From the NCBI GenBank assembly GCA_965198115.1, contig OZ240241.1, positions 7,040,001-7,104,000 of the forward strand: a stretch of DNA of 64,000 nt, given 5' to 3'. Source of the DNA: Candidatus Latescibacterota bacterium. GTDB lineage: Bacteria; Latescibacterota; UBA2968. Below, piece after piece: positions 28,152-38,015 of this stretch. The notes beneath the pieces were generated by a model. It saw only the letters and a list, made by a program, of their open reading frames with translations, was not told where the DNA came from and did no database searches. Positions within the stretch are counted from its first letter, which is position 1; each line of letters starts with the position of its first letter. Position numbers and translations under genes: made by a program.

Positions 28152-29288
28152 TCAGCCGTAATCAACCCATCGTTTATGGTAGAAGTCGCTGCTCTCGTCA
28201 TCGGTGAGATTGGCTATCAGATCGAACATCCAAAGGTCGAGAGGCTCTTCGTGGCGATCCCAACGGGGGAAGGGATTGTCGTCTCGACCAGAGATCTTCG
28301 CGCCGATCTGGTGGAGCATCGCAAGACCCAGTTCGGGGATGTCGAGGCGGCGAATACCACCGTCGTACATCAGTTTTTCAAAGAGGTAGGACATCATCAC
28401 GCCGCCAGGGATGAAGGGGAGTGCGCGCGTGCGCATGGTGGGGAAGAAGACGTCGATCCAGGGTTTACGCGCGGCATACGCGTTCGACACGGCTTCCTGG
28501 ATGACATCCTTCGGCAGGTAGAGGCTGGTGGAGTAGGATCCCCAGCGACCGTAGGCGGGGGACTCTGGATTTCGACTATCGCGATCGAGACTGCCACGCC
28601 AGTCACAGAAGGCCGCACACTCGACCTCGACGCCCGCCTCCTCGATTACGTGGACGAAACGCACGGCGAGTTCTCCCATGATGAGCTTGGTCGTCTCGAT
28701 GTTGCGTTCGGGTAGAGGTGTCAGTTGCCACTGGTAGAGACCGTCCTCGTCGACGTCCTTGACGAAGACCGGTGGCATGTCGGGGAGTGTCCCCGAGCTG
28801 GCCGCCGCTGAACCGTTGACGTAGATGATGCGGTCGGCCCCCTTTGCCTCGAGGATTCCCAGCATCTGTTCAAGGCCTTCACCCTCGACCGCGATCCCGT
28901 CGTTGAGCCAGGTGAATTTTTCGGCGTGGTTGGCTGCCCCGGCTTCCATCGCGACACCCGACTCGAATTCCATCGATCGTTTCAAGTCGCGGCCGACAAC
29001 AGTGAGGCTGCCGAGTCGATCGAGGTTGTTCAACCCGGCGATGGCGATGGCTCCACCGATTCCTCGCCCGGTTGCACCGATGAGTACGAGATGCTTTCCG
29101 TCGATCCAGGAGAGGTCGTATTCGCCACTGTCGATTCTGGGCTTCTGGTCGCCCCAGACTCGATCCAGCAGATCGGCTGCGTCCTGAGGGTAAGCGGTGA
29201 TCTGCTCTTTGGTGGGACGTGTGACCGCGGGTGCTCCTTCCTGGATGCGCAGGCCGGGGGTCGGATCGGCGAAGGGACTGCGTGGCAT
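28152..29288 (-). CDS. Hypothetical Rossmann-fold protein, divergent FabV/trans-2-enoyl-CoA reductase-like
   Basis: LVLIGATGRGIG; ETTKLIMG; TRALPFIP...LFEKLM; PRWDRHE, in the same order as FabV motifs; RBS ggagg. Confidence 0.55.
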   Translation of the reverse strand: MPRSPFADPTPGLRIQEGAPAVTRPTKEQITAYPQDAADLLDRVWGDQKPRIDSGEYDLSWIDGKHLVLIGATGRGIGGAIAIAGLNNLDRLGSLTVVGRDLKRSMEFESGVAMEAGAANHAEKFTWLNDGIAVEGEGLEQMLGILEAKGADRIIYVNGSAAASSGTLPDMPPVFVKDVDEDGLYQWQLTPLPERNIETTKLIMGELAVRFVHVIEEAGVEVECAAFCDWRGSLDRDSRNPESPAYGRWGSYSTSLYLPKDVIQEAVSNAYAARKPWIDVFFPTMRTRALPFIPGGVMMSYLFEKLMYDGGIRRLDIPELGLAMLHQIGAKISGRDDNPFPRWDRHEEPLDLWMFDLIANLTDDESSDFYHKRWVDYG

Positions 29289-29346
29289 TCAGCCTCCGGT
29301 GGAAACCTGTTGGGAAATCAGGAAATTATGAAAATAGGAAATCGAC

Positions 29347-29751
29347 TCACGGGCCTTTGAATCCGAGGACGACCAGGAGGCACGATCCGTCGGCGATGAC
29401 GTTGAGACCCAGTTCCTCTGCGCGTTGGACGGCCTTTGGGCTCTCGGCACCGGGTTGCATCCACAGGTTCTTGACATCCGCCTGGTGTGCGTCTTCGACG
29501 ATGGTCTCGGTGATGTGAGGGGGCGTGATGATGGAAACGCTTTCCACCGGTTCTGGTAGATCGGACAGACCCGGATATGCCGGGAGGCCCTCGACTTCCC
29601 GTGTGCTCGGATTGATCGGGTAGACCGCGCGGCTATTTTGCTGGTAGCAACGAAGGACCTTGTTGCCATATTTATTGCGGTCTCTGGAGGCGCCCACGAC
29701 TGCATAGGCGGGTGCTTCGAGAAAAACGCGGATGCGAGATTCAGTGTCCAC
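29347..29751 (-). CDS. CoA-binding protein (YccU-like)
   Basis: AVVGAS....KYG, VYPINP, WMQPGAES, CLLV. Confidence 0.9.
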   Translation of the reverse strand: MDTESRIRVFLEAPAYAVVGASRDRNKYGNKVLRCYQQNSRAVYPINPSTREVEGLPAYPGLSDLPEPVESVSIITPPHITETIVEDAHQADVKNLWMQPGAESPKAVQRAEELGLNVIADGSCLLVVLGFKGP

Positions 29752-29849
29752 GGTGCCATCCTGAATTTTCGTGCGAGTCTACACGCGGTTCAATATGGCG
29801 TGAACCCTCGTTTCGATCAAGAATCTCCGGTCTCAGCGATTGATTCACG

Positions 29850-30950
29850 ATGATAGAGCTCTATCCAGACGTCATTCGGCCGTTTCTGTTCCAGTACGAT
29901 CCCGAAAATACCCACGCGTGGGCGCTCGGCGCGGCCTCGATGGCCGGAAAGATCGGGCCGATTCGGTCGATCGTCGAGCGTTGCTATCGGTTCGAAGATC
30001 CGGCCCTGGAGACGGATCTGTGCGGGTTGAAGCTGCCGAATCCCGTGGGTCTGGCGGCCGGCTACGACAAAAGTGGAACCGCCATCGATGGCGTGGCGGT
30101 GCTCGGATTCGGCCACGTGGAAATCGGCTCGATTTCGATCGATCCATCGGCTGGGAATCCGAGGCCTCGGCTGTTCCGTTTGCCCGATGATCGCGCAGTG
30201 GTCGTTCACTACGGACTTCAGAACGACGGTGCAGAAGTCGTAGCCGGTCGGTTTTCGTCCCGATCGGCCGCGGTCCCGGTGGGCGCGAACATTGTGAAGA
30301 CGAACCGGGGAATCGATGCGCCACCCGAGCCGGCGGACAAGATCGTCGATGAGTATGTACGCGCTGTTAGGATCCTACACGACGTCTCGGATTACCTGAC
30401 GCTGAACCTGAGCTGTCCGAACACGGAAGATGGACGGGACTTTTTCGCCGATGTCGCCCATACCCGAAGGTTGATCGAGGCCCTGAAGGACGTTTCTATC
30501 GACCGCCCCGTTTTTCTCAAAGTCTCGCCTCTGGGAGGCGACAGGGCTGTGGATGGACTGTTGGAAGCGGTCGATGACGCATCCTACGTCTCGGGTTTCA
30601 TCCACAACCTGGCACCGGGGATTCACGCGACGCTGCGGGGAGATGCTCGGGGGATGGTGGGGGCGCTGTCCGGCCGCCCAGTTGCGTCTGAGATGAACGA
30701 GTGCCTTCGACGTCTTTACACGCGAATGGATCAGGATCGATTCCAGATCATATCGGCTGGCGGTGTGACTACGGCGGAAGATGCTTACGAGAAGATTCGC
30801 CTGGGCGCGACGGCCGTTCAGCTGCTGACCGCGCTCGTGTATGAGGGGCCGGGGGTGGTGAGACGGATTTGTGAGGGTCTTTGCGAGCTGCTCGGGCAAG
30901 ATGGACTGACGAGGATTTCGGAGGCCGTGGGAGTTGCGGACGGCGATTAG
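29850..30950 (+). CDS. pyrD: Quinone-dependent dihydroorotate dehydrogenase
   Basis: DPENTH, NPVGLAAGYDK, GNPRPRLFRL, NLSCPNT, GALSG, GATAVQL. Confidence 0.9.
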   Translation: MIELYPDVIRPFLFQYDPENTHAWALGAASMAGKIGPIRSIVERCYRFEDPALETDLCGLKLPNPVGLAAGYDKSGTAIDGVAVLGFGHVEIGSISIDPSAGNPRPRLFRLPDDRAVVVHYGLQNDGAEVVAGRFSSRSAAVPVGANIVKTNRGIDAPPEPADKIVDEYVRAVRILHDVSDYLTLNLSCPNTEDGRDFFADVAHTRRLIEALKDVSIDRPVFLKVSPLGGDRAVDGLLEAVDDASYVSGFIHNLAPGIHATLRGDARGMVGALSGRPVASEMNECLRRLYTRMDQDRFQIISAGGVTTAEDAYEKIRLGATAVQLLTALVYEGPGVVRRICEGLCELLGQDGLTRISEAVGVADGD

Positions 30951-31115
30951 GAAATTATGAAACTATGTAATTAGGAAATTGACATTCTGGTAAGGTCCCC
31001 AGTCGAGCTTCTTCGGAATCCCCGCCCAGGGTAGGCTGCAACGTGGAGGGTTTCGATCATGGCCAGAAGTAGGGGCTGAACGATCACGTCTGTGACGCTC
31101 AGCCCCGTTCGTGTT

Positions 31116-31466
31116 TCAGGCCGCGGCGAAGACCGATTGCCTCTGATTGGCGAGGGCACTCTGAACGCTGGCGAATGTTTTCAATCGGTCCACACGCGCG
31201 GCCTTGAGGATACGTCTGATCTTGCTCGATTGGGTGACGAGCAGAAGCTCTCCGCCGCGACTGGCCATGCGCTGCTGAGCCTGAATGAGTTCGTCGAGGA
31301 TCGGGGGTCCGAACCACCCGGTTGCCGTGCAGTCGACGACCAGACGCCGAGACTGCGCTGCGATTGCCTCTTCGATCGACTGGTGCAATCGACGTCGATC
31401 TTCTTCGCTGTAGATCGGTGCTTCGATGTTCAGGATCACGGAATCACTCACTGCTGATGCTGCCAT
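31116..31466 (-). CDS. STAS-domain anti-sigma factor antagonist
   Basis: RLVVDC....F, GGELLLV....IRRILK..R pattern; RBS ggagg. Confidence 0.75.
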   Translation of the reverse strand: MAASAVSDSVILNIEAPIYSEEDRRRLHQSIEEAIAAQSRRLVVDCTATGWFGPPILDELIQAQQRMASRGGELLLVTQSSKIRRILKAARVDRLKTFASVQSALANQRQSVFAAA

Positions 31467-31503
31467 TTTCCCATCCTCCGGTTTAAAGTTCGAACGGGAG
31501 GTT

Positions 31504-31519
31504 TGCAAGCAGTATGCCA
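31504..31519 (-). promoter_or_regulatory. sigma54 (-24/-12) promoter for the STAS gene
   Basis: Minus strand TGGCATACTGCTTGCA, exact GG-N10-GC spacing, about 40 nt upstream of the start. Confidence 0.65.
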
Positions 31520-31704
31520 GAAATCATTGTGAAATTAAGTAATTGATAATTAGGAAATTAGAGCGGTGGGACGAAGACCGGAAGACAGAGAAGCTGGTGG
31601 GAAACACCAATCGAGGGGGGATATAGGCCTGGGCCTAGTCTCTGTGTAGCAGTTCTGCGGTCTCCCTCGACTCCGCCGCTCCCACCGGCAATGATGTCAC
31701 AGCC

Positions 31705-32440
31705 TTACTTGCCAACCGTTCCGAGATACACCGCGAAGTGATCGTTGCCGTCTAGGCCGAGCAATCGGTTCAGGTCGTCGTCGTGGAAGGCAGCCGTGGT
31801 GCAGACACCGCAGCCCACGGCGAGTCCAGCGAGGTAGAGGTTCTGGCCGACGTGTCCTGCGTCGAGGTGGATGTAACGGTAGCCTCGATCGCCGTAGCGC
31901 CACGTCATTCGATGGGCAACGGCCGTCCAGATGAACGCAACCGCAGATTGTTCGATCAGGTCCGGCTGAAGACAGGCCTTGGCAACAGCCAACGTGACCG
32001 ATGGATCCTGTCTGAGGGTTTCGAGTTGGTGGGTCGGGCCGACATACCGATGGAGTCCCTTGTCGACACCTTCTACGCGGTTGACGACGAGAAAGGTTTC
32101 CAAAGGGTGGCGGGCACCCGCTGACGGCACGGTTTTGAAGACGTCGATGCCGTCTACCTCCTTGACACCTTGGGTTGCCCAGAGCAGGTAGGAAAGATCA
32201 CGCGTGGTGAGAGAGACGTCCGTCAGATAGTCCCGTTCCGATTTTCGCTCGCCGATTGCGTCGTGAAGCGAACCGCTTGGATCGGGGATCTCGGGGGACG
32301 GCAGGTCGACACACGCGTTCCGAGGCTCTATGAAAGGTGGTGTGGGGGGTAGCTGCTTGGACTGTTCGGTGGCTTCGAGAAATTTGAACTGTTTTCCGCA
32401 TAAAGTCACGGCCGACGGCGGGTCTTCTTTTTCGTTTCAT
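31705..32440 (-). CDS. SagB/ThcOx-like nitroreductase-family protein, apparent frameshift near the 5' end
   Basis: LSYLLWATQG, PSAGARHPLE, YGDRGYRYIHLDAGHVGQN; N-terminus MKRK..GRDFMRKT lies in another frame, junction near 32390. Confidence 0.85.
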
Positions 32441-32503
32441 CGAGGAAACCTTTCACCGCGGAGCACGCCGCCTAAACCGCAACTGCCGCTGACCGCTTGC
32501 ACG

Positions 32504-32950
32504 CTACCTGTCCGGATTCTCGGGTATAGCGCGGGTCGGCGAAGCGCCCATTTCTGCCACTTCGACGCAGAAATGTTGAAGACCGTTCGTGACGACGAGG
32601 TAGCGGGCGGCGATGGCCTGGTTGTATTGACCGATCTGGTCGAAGGCACGCTGGTCGATGTTTACATCAGGCGCTTTACACTCGGCTGCGAGGATGGCCT
32701 TACCCGTCCTATCGTGGACGATGATGTCGGCGCGATAAGGAACGCCCTTCCATTCGAAGCCCGTCTCGATACCGGTTCGCCCGGCAGAATACCCCAGATC
32801 CTCCACCAGATGACGGACCATATGCTGACGCACCCATTCCTCTGGCGTGAGGACGAGCCACTTTCGGCGGATGGTGTCGAAGATCTCCTTTTGACCGCCG
32901 TTTTCGCGAAGATCGAAGTCGTAGGCGCGTGGGAAGTTGAGGGATCTCAT
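32504..32950 (-). CDS. Stand-alone HsdR N-terminal (HSDR_N_2-like) PD-(D/E)xK protein
   Basis: RRKWLVLTPEEWVRQ, RADI, ECKAP, QIGQYN, TNGLQH. Confidence 0.88.
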   Translation of the reverse strand: MRSLNFPRAYDFDLRENGGQKEIFDTIRRKWLVLTPEEWVRQHMVRHLVEDLGYSAGRTGIETGFEWKGVPYRADIIVHDRTGKAILAAECKAPDVNIDQRAFDQIGQYNQAIAARYLVVTNGLQHFCVEVAEMGASPTRAIPENPDR

Positions 32951-33060
32951 GAAAAGCAGAATAAACCACGGAGCACACGGAGTGGTGCTTTAGCCAGGAT
33001 CCAGGCCCTAGTTGGGGAAACGGTCCGCAGGTAGTCCCGGAATCGCGTTATTCCGTTCAC

Positions 33061-34299
33061 TTATCCAAACAACTCCCTGTACTCACGGTCGAAGTCGTCG
33101 CTGTCATCGTCGAGACGTCGATCGAGGGTGATTCCCGGGAGGGCTCCGGTCAGCGCTCCACTGAGGAATTCCGAACGGTAGCTGCCGTCCGGATAGTGAA
33201 GCGTACGGCCACTCGGCCACCTGATCGTGTGGATCTGGCGACGGACGGAGACTCTGAATTCGGGATCCACGCGATAGCGCTCGACGGCATCCTCATCGAT
33301 CGTGACACCGAGGCCGGGTTCTTCGGGAACCTGGACGTGACCGCCCTCGATCGTGAACTCGGTGATGAGGGGATGCTCGTAGACGTTGATGCAGGGGATG
33401 TAGGGCCAACGCGCCATCTTCAACACGGCGCCGAGGTGAACGGACCAGATGGTCGTGAGCCCCGTTCCAACGAGCTGCAGCCAGAAGGGCATGTTGGCGT
33501 GTTCGGCGATCGTCGCCTGGGACGTCACGCTCGACACACCACCGCCGACGACGAACCCGTCGCAGACGCCCTCGCGAATGGCCGTCATCACGGGCGGGGT
33601 GCCGAAGTGCATCGCGATGGGCGTGGCAATCTTTCGACGCAGGATGGCGTTGCCCGCGACGTCGTTCTGTGGGATCGGCGATTCGACTATGGCGAAGTTC
33701 TTGTGGCGGGTCTCGAGACGGCGGATGAGCGGGGCGGCAATGTCTTCTGCGAGAAGCAGACCGTTGAAGTCGACATCCAGCTTGAAATGCGGCGATACCG
33801 CCTCGCAGACGGCTTCGAGCTGCTGGTCGATGTCGAACCACGGTCGCGCCTTGGCCTTCATCGACGTGTAGCCCATCGATTCCGCTGTCTTCGCCTCTCT
33901 CGCCCACTCCTCGGGCTTCATATCCTGCGCCCACCAGGACACGGGACAGGCGTCACGGTGCTGGTGACCGAGCAGTCGGTGGCAGGGTAGATCCGTGAGT
34001 TTGCCGGCCAGATCGTAGAGCGCCATCTGGATTCCGACGCCTAGACTGTCGTCGCTCAGTAGATCGAAGACGTTTTGTCCGATCGCTCGGCCGAACAGAT
34101 CGTCCGTCGAGCGAGGCGAGCCGTAGAACGGCAGATTTTCACCGATTCCCTCGACGCCCGACCGGGAACGGATCCGGAACAGGTCCACCACACCGAAGTC
34201 AGGGACGCGGATATCCTTTACGTCCCGGCATCGCGGGTGGAAGGGGATATGATGACGTGTGCGCTCGATGGATTCGATGGTGTTTGCTTGGCTGTTCAT
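33061..34299 (-). CDS. Mandelate racemase/enolase-superfamily protein
   Basis: GIGE, MALYDLAGK, KAKARP, DFN, ESP, PGLGV. Confidence 0.88.
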   Translation of the reverse strand: MNSQANTIESIERTRHHIPFHPRCRDVKDIRVPDFGVVDLFRIRSRSGVEGIGENLPFYGSPRSTDDLFGRAIGQNVFDLLSDDSLGVGIQMALYDLAGKLTDLPCHRLLGHQHRDACPVSWWAQDMKPEEWAREAKTAESMGYTSMKAKARPWFDIDQQLEAVCEAVSPHFKLDVDFNGLLLAEDIAAPLIRRLETRHKNFAIVESPIPQNDVAGNAILRRKIATPIAMHFGTPPVMTAIREGVCDGFVVGGGVSSVTSQATIAEHANMPFWLQLVGTGLTTIWSVHLGAVLKMARWPYIPCINVYEHPLITEFTIEGGHVQVPEEPGLGVTIDEDAVERYRVDPEFRVSVRRQIHTIRWPSGRTLHYPDGSYRSEFLSGALTGALPGITLDRRLDDDSDDFDREYRELFG

Positions 34300-34318
34300 G
34301 GTGGTGTCTTTCCTGATG

Positions 34319-34350
34319 CCGTCGTCCTTCGACTCCGCTCAGGATGACGG
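34319..34350. repeat. CGTC-type REP-like palindrome
   Basis: ccgtcgtccttcgactccgctcaggatgacgg. Confidence 0.8.
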
Positions 34351-34364
34351 ATTGCTGAACCTTG

Positions 34365-35813
34365 TCACCGTATCGGATGCGGGTAGACGCGTTGCCAGTC
34401 GCCCTCGCCCCTCGCGAAGGCTGGATCTTCCCAGTCGGTGTTGTGATTCTTCTCGGCGTGCGCTTTGGCGATTGAGGTCAGGAAGTAGGCGGTAAGCTCG
34501 CGATCCAACCGCTCGCGGATCATCTGGCAATCCGCATCGCGGATCTTGTTGTCCTGCTCGGCAGGGTCCTCATCGATGTTGAACAGCGCACTCCACCCGT
34601 TCGTGTAGCGAACGAGCTTTCACGTGCCGTCGAAGTTCATCGACCCGCTCGCAAGACAGCCGAAGGCCCGATCCCGACCCACCGCTCCCGGGATGCCCAG
34701 ATCGGCGAGCGGCCTGGAGTCCATATAACCGGGAATCTCGCACCCCCCATAGTGCAGGAGCGTCGCAGTGATGTCTTCGATGCTTGCGGGTCCCTCGTGG
34801 ACGACCGCCCTACCGAGGTTCGGGTCGTGAACGATGAGGGGGACTCGGGTACTGGCTTCGAAGAACGTGCCTTTTCCGATCAGACCGTGGTCGCCGAGGT
34901 AGTCGCCGTGGTCGCTGCAGAAGATGACGATGGTGCTTTCCCATCGACCGGTGTCCTTCAGCGCCTGAACGATCTCGCCCACCTTGTCGTCGATCTGCTT
35001 GACGAGCCCGGCGTAGTGGGCGCGGATTTTTTTCTTGTGCGCAGTCGTGAATTCCGTGTAGTCGACGCCGTTCCACTCACCCTTATTCCCGTTGACGTTG
35101 GTCTCGATGAACTGTGGGGGCTGATCCTCGCCGATGGGATAGGGTTCGGGCATCGCGTCTGGAGCATAGCGATCGGCATATTCGAGGGAGGGATCGTAGG
35201 GACAGTGCGGACCGGGAAAGCCGACCATCATCGCGAATGGCGTGTCAGCGTCCTGCTCGCGAATGTAGCGCACAGCTTCGTTTCCGACGAAACCGTCCCA
35301 CGAGTCCTCGTAGGCGTGCTGATGAACGAACGCGCCACGATTTTCCTGGTAGCCTTCGTGCTCATTGCCGTGGAGTTTTCTCAACCCTTTTGCTTTGAGG
35401 TATTTCTGGTAATCGTCCTCGATGTGGATCCAACGCTTGTCCTCGCAGACGACGCGGTGGTCGAACCCCATTGAAGCTTCCCAAGGGTAGAAGTGCATCT
35501 TTCCGATTGCACAGGTGGTGTAGCCATGGTCCTTCAGCATCGATGGCCACATTCGGATGCCACAAGCTTCGAGATCGGGGCGGAGATACTGGCCGTTCCC
35601 CATCACGCCGGTCCGGATCGCGTTGATGCCGGTAAGTAGCGTCGACCGCATCGGGACACAGACCGGGTGGGGTGCGTAGGCTTTTTCGTAGCGGACGCCG
35701 CTATCACACAGACTGTCGATATGGGGCGTGTCGATGAAATCGGCGCCGTAGCAGCCCAGGAAGTCGGAGCGCAACTGGTCGGGCATGATGAAAAGGAGAT
35801 TGGGGCTTGGCAT
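34365..35813 (-). pseudogene. Cys-type sulfatase with an in-frame TGA at 34620-34622
   Basis: PNLLFIMPDQ, CVPMR, GKMH, GPHCPYD, SDHGD; DGT*KLVRY continues in frame for 84 more codons. Confidence 0.8.
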
Positions 35814-35841
35814 TATGTCTCTGTTTTGCGACGAATCAGAA

Positions 35842-35940
35842 ACCATATCCGAGATCCGATGTCCGACCTCAGATATTCGAAAGGAAGTGCGCATTCATCT
35901 CAGATATCGGATATCTCCAGTCGGATATCTGATATCGTTT
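35842..35940. repeat. Inverted pair of heptamer tandem arrays (gatatcc-like)
   Basis: aaccatatccgagatccgatgtccgacctcagata ... tcggatatctgatatcgttt. Confidence 0.75.
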
Positions 35941-36828
35941 TCAGGTTGCGATCGGGACTAGACGCAGTGCGTTCTGACTCATCAGTTTTTCCCGGACGGA
36001 CGGGTCCAGCTCGAGTTCGGACAGGAAATCCTGAAGGTCGTTGCCGGGGGCATCGCGGCCGTAGAGCAGGCGATCCTGATATCGTGTGATAAAGTCGACG
36101 GCGTGACCCGGGTCGCGTCGCATTGCAGTCAACCCCGAGCCCGCAGAGAGGTCGGCCCACAGGTTGGAGTGACGCTCGAAGAGGTCGAAGAGCTTCCCGC
36201 CGGGGACAATCGGTCCATCTGGGTAGGTCTTGGGGTCGTCGGCTTCATCTCCACTGATGTGGCGCCAGAAACCGGGCGCGTGGCCGATGAAGATCGTGTC
36301 CGGACATTTGCCAAAGGTTCGGTCGAGCGCGTCGATTTCGCCACCATACCAGGCTTCCTGATAGACGCGCTTGCCGGCGCCATCGGAGAGGTAGGGCGTG
36401 TCGATGTGGAGCACGACGGGTGCGCGGCACTCGCCCGCGGCGATGAAGAGTTCGATGGCTCGGGGATCGTCGAGAATCGTGCGATACGACCACTCACCAC
36501 AAACGCGGATGCCGTGTGTTCGCGCGGCCACTTCGAAGAGCGTAGCGGCGTCGCCTTCGGTCGGGCAAGGACACCAGCCGGCGACGAAGCGATCCGGATA
36601 TTGGTCCCGCGATCGAGCGACGTCGTCGAGTGTGACCCCAGCGTGGGTGCCGTCGGTGCGCACGTTGGCCGGATTGAAGCCACGGTGGCTTCCCGGGATG
36701 TGCTGGTCGGGCGGCAGATACCACGTGAGCAGCCAGCCGTGGTCGATGCCGAACGCGTTCATTTCGCCGATGACGCCGGTCGCGTCGAGGCCGTGGTAGT
36801 AGGGATGATTGTGTGTGTCGATGATCAT
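35941..36828 (-). CDS. Amidohydrolase_2-family protein
   Basis: IIDTHNH, CGE, VLH, GHAPGFW, DLSAGSG, LLYGRD, NALRL. Confidence 0.88.
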   Translation of the reverse strand: MIIDTHNHPYYHGLDATGVIGEMNAFGIDHGWLLTWYLPPDQHIPGSHRGFNPANVRTDGTHAGVTLDDVARSRDQYPDRFVAGWCPCPTEGDAATLFEVAARTHGIRVCGEWSYRTILDDPRAIELFIAAGECRAPVVLHIDTPYLSDGAGKRVYQEAWYGGEIDALDRTFGKCPDTIFIGHAPGFWRHISGDEADDPKTYPDGPIVPGGKLFDLFERHSNLWADLSAGSGLTAMRRDPGHAVDFITRYQDRLLYGRDAPGNDLQDFLSELELDPSVREKLMSQNALRLVPIAT

Positions 36829-36840
36829 CGCGTAAAGAAA

Positions 36841-36947
36841 AACGATATCAGAAATCCGATGTGCGACTTCTGATCTAAGAAATGAAAACCACTTTCATGC
36901 TTGCCTTTCTGATGTCGGACATCTGCTATCGGATTTCGGATATCGTT
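36841..36947. repeat. Inverted pair of heptamer tandem arrays (gatatcc-like)
   Basis: aacgatatcagaaatccgat ... atcggatttcggatatcgtt. Confidence 0.8.
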
Positions 36948-37778
36948 TTACACCAGGTTCAGCAGCGAGAGGCTGTCACGATAAATCATACTCTCGGTCT
37001 CTTCCTCATCCAGTCGTGGCAGATTCGTGCCTTCGACCATTTTGTTGAGCGAGCGGATGCCCTGGAGCGAGTTGTCCACCGTGGCGAACGGATAGTCCGT
37101 GCCGAACAGCACTTTGTCCCAGATGCTGTACTCCTGTACGAGCATCAGGCTGTTGTAGAGCCGCCACGGTCGGTAGTGAATGGCGCTGACATCGGTGTAG
37201 ACGTTCGGGTGCTTTCGAACTGTGACGACGCACTCGTTTTCGTAGGGATGCGAGAGATGGGCCATCACGATAGTGACGTCGGGATACCGGATAGCGACAT
37301 CGTCGAGATGACGCGGGAGTGTGCATTCGAGCGGCGCGTGCTGAGTGTGGAGCAGGACGGGTAGCTCGTGTTTCGTTGCGTAGGACCAGAGGTGATCCAG
37401 CTCGGGGTCACAGGGTCTAAATCCCGCGTACATGGACAAGAGTTTGATGCCTCGCAGGCCGAGATCCTGGTGACCCTGTTCAAGCTCCTCTTTCCACCCT
37501 GCCTGCGTGGGGTCGACTGAAAGGAATCCGATGAGGTCGTCTGGATGCTGTGACACGTAGTCCGCGACGTAACGATCGTCGACCCACAAACCGCTGAGGC
37601 GAGCCTTCCCACCGAAGACGACTGTTTTGACTACTTCCGACGACTGTCGCTGGTAATCCCCGTAGTTGACTGTCAGGTCCAGCTCCTGTGCTTTCCACGC
37701 TCGAGCAAACTGGTCGCGGAAGTAGTCGCCGAAATGGTCGGGGTACTTCCAGGCGTGTGAGTGGATGTCGATGATCAT
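36948..37778 (-). CDS. Amidohydrolase_2-family protein
   Basis: IIDIHSH, LRGIKL, LLH, MAHLSHP, NVYTDVS, LFGTDYP. Confidence 0.9.
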   Translation of the reverse strand: MIIDIHSHAWKYPDHFGDYFRDQFARAWKAQELDLTVNYGDYQRQSSEVVKTVVFGGKARLSGLWVDDRYVADYVSQHPDDLIGFLSVDPTQAGWKEELEQGHQDLGLRGIKLLSMYAGFRPCDPELDHLWSYATKHELPVLLHTQHAPLECTLPRHLDDVAIRYPDVTIVMAHLSHPYENECVVTVRKHPNVYTDVSAIHYRPWRLYNSLMLVQEYSIWDKVLFGTDYPFATVDNSLQGIRSLNKMVEGTNLPRLDEEETESMIYRDSLSLLNLV

Positions 37779-37839
37779 GGAGGTTAGTGACCTTGAACAG
37801 GCCTGACGTTTTCCTACCAGAATGTCTCATTCCACTACT

Positions 37840-38015
37840 CCGCTCATCCTGAGTAGCGCTGCTTACGTTCTCTAGGCACCTCAGAGAGAGATTCGTATAT
37901 CGAAGGATGTGCGGCCTGTGGCAACGCCCACCGTTCGTCCTTCGATATGGGGATCATCCCCATTCACAACTCCGGTCGCCGAACTCTTCTCGATACCCCT
38001 ACTCAGGATGAACGG
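37840..38015. repeat. Inverted doublet of REP-like elements with enlarged cores
   Basis: ccgctcatcctgagtag...atatcgaaggatgtgcgg and ccgttcgtccttcgatat...ctactcaggatgaacgg. Confidence 0.8.

Noticed and set aside
31705-32440. RiPP (azole) biosynthetic cluster
   Set aside because: SagB-like protein is alone; no YcaO or precursor peptide, and the CPBP protease is 16 kb away
32504-32950. Type I restriction-modification system
   Set aside because: Only a stand-alone HsdR N-terminal domain; no hsdM, hsdS or helicase nearby
34620-34622. In-frame TGA as selenocysteine or an alternative genetic code
   Set aside because: The position corresponds to Trp in DGxWKL, and many genes here end in TGA; a nonsense mutation or base-call error is simpler
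37330-37352. Possible short in-frame deletion in the amidohydrolase (LLHTQHAPL)
   Set aside because: Based only on my recollection of homologues; needs an alignment
37840-38015. Repeat-spacer pattern as a CRISPR array or integron attC sites
   Set aside because: Units are inverted and dispersed with irregular spacing; no cas or integrase gene and no attC core sites
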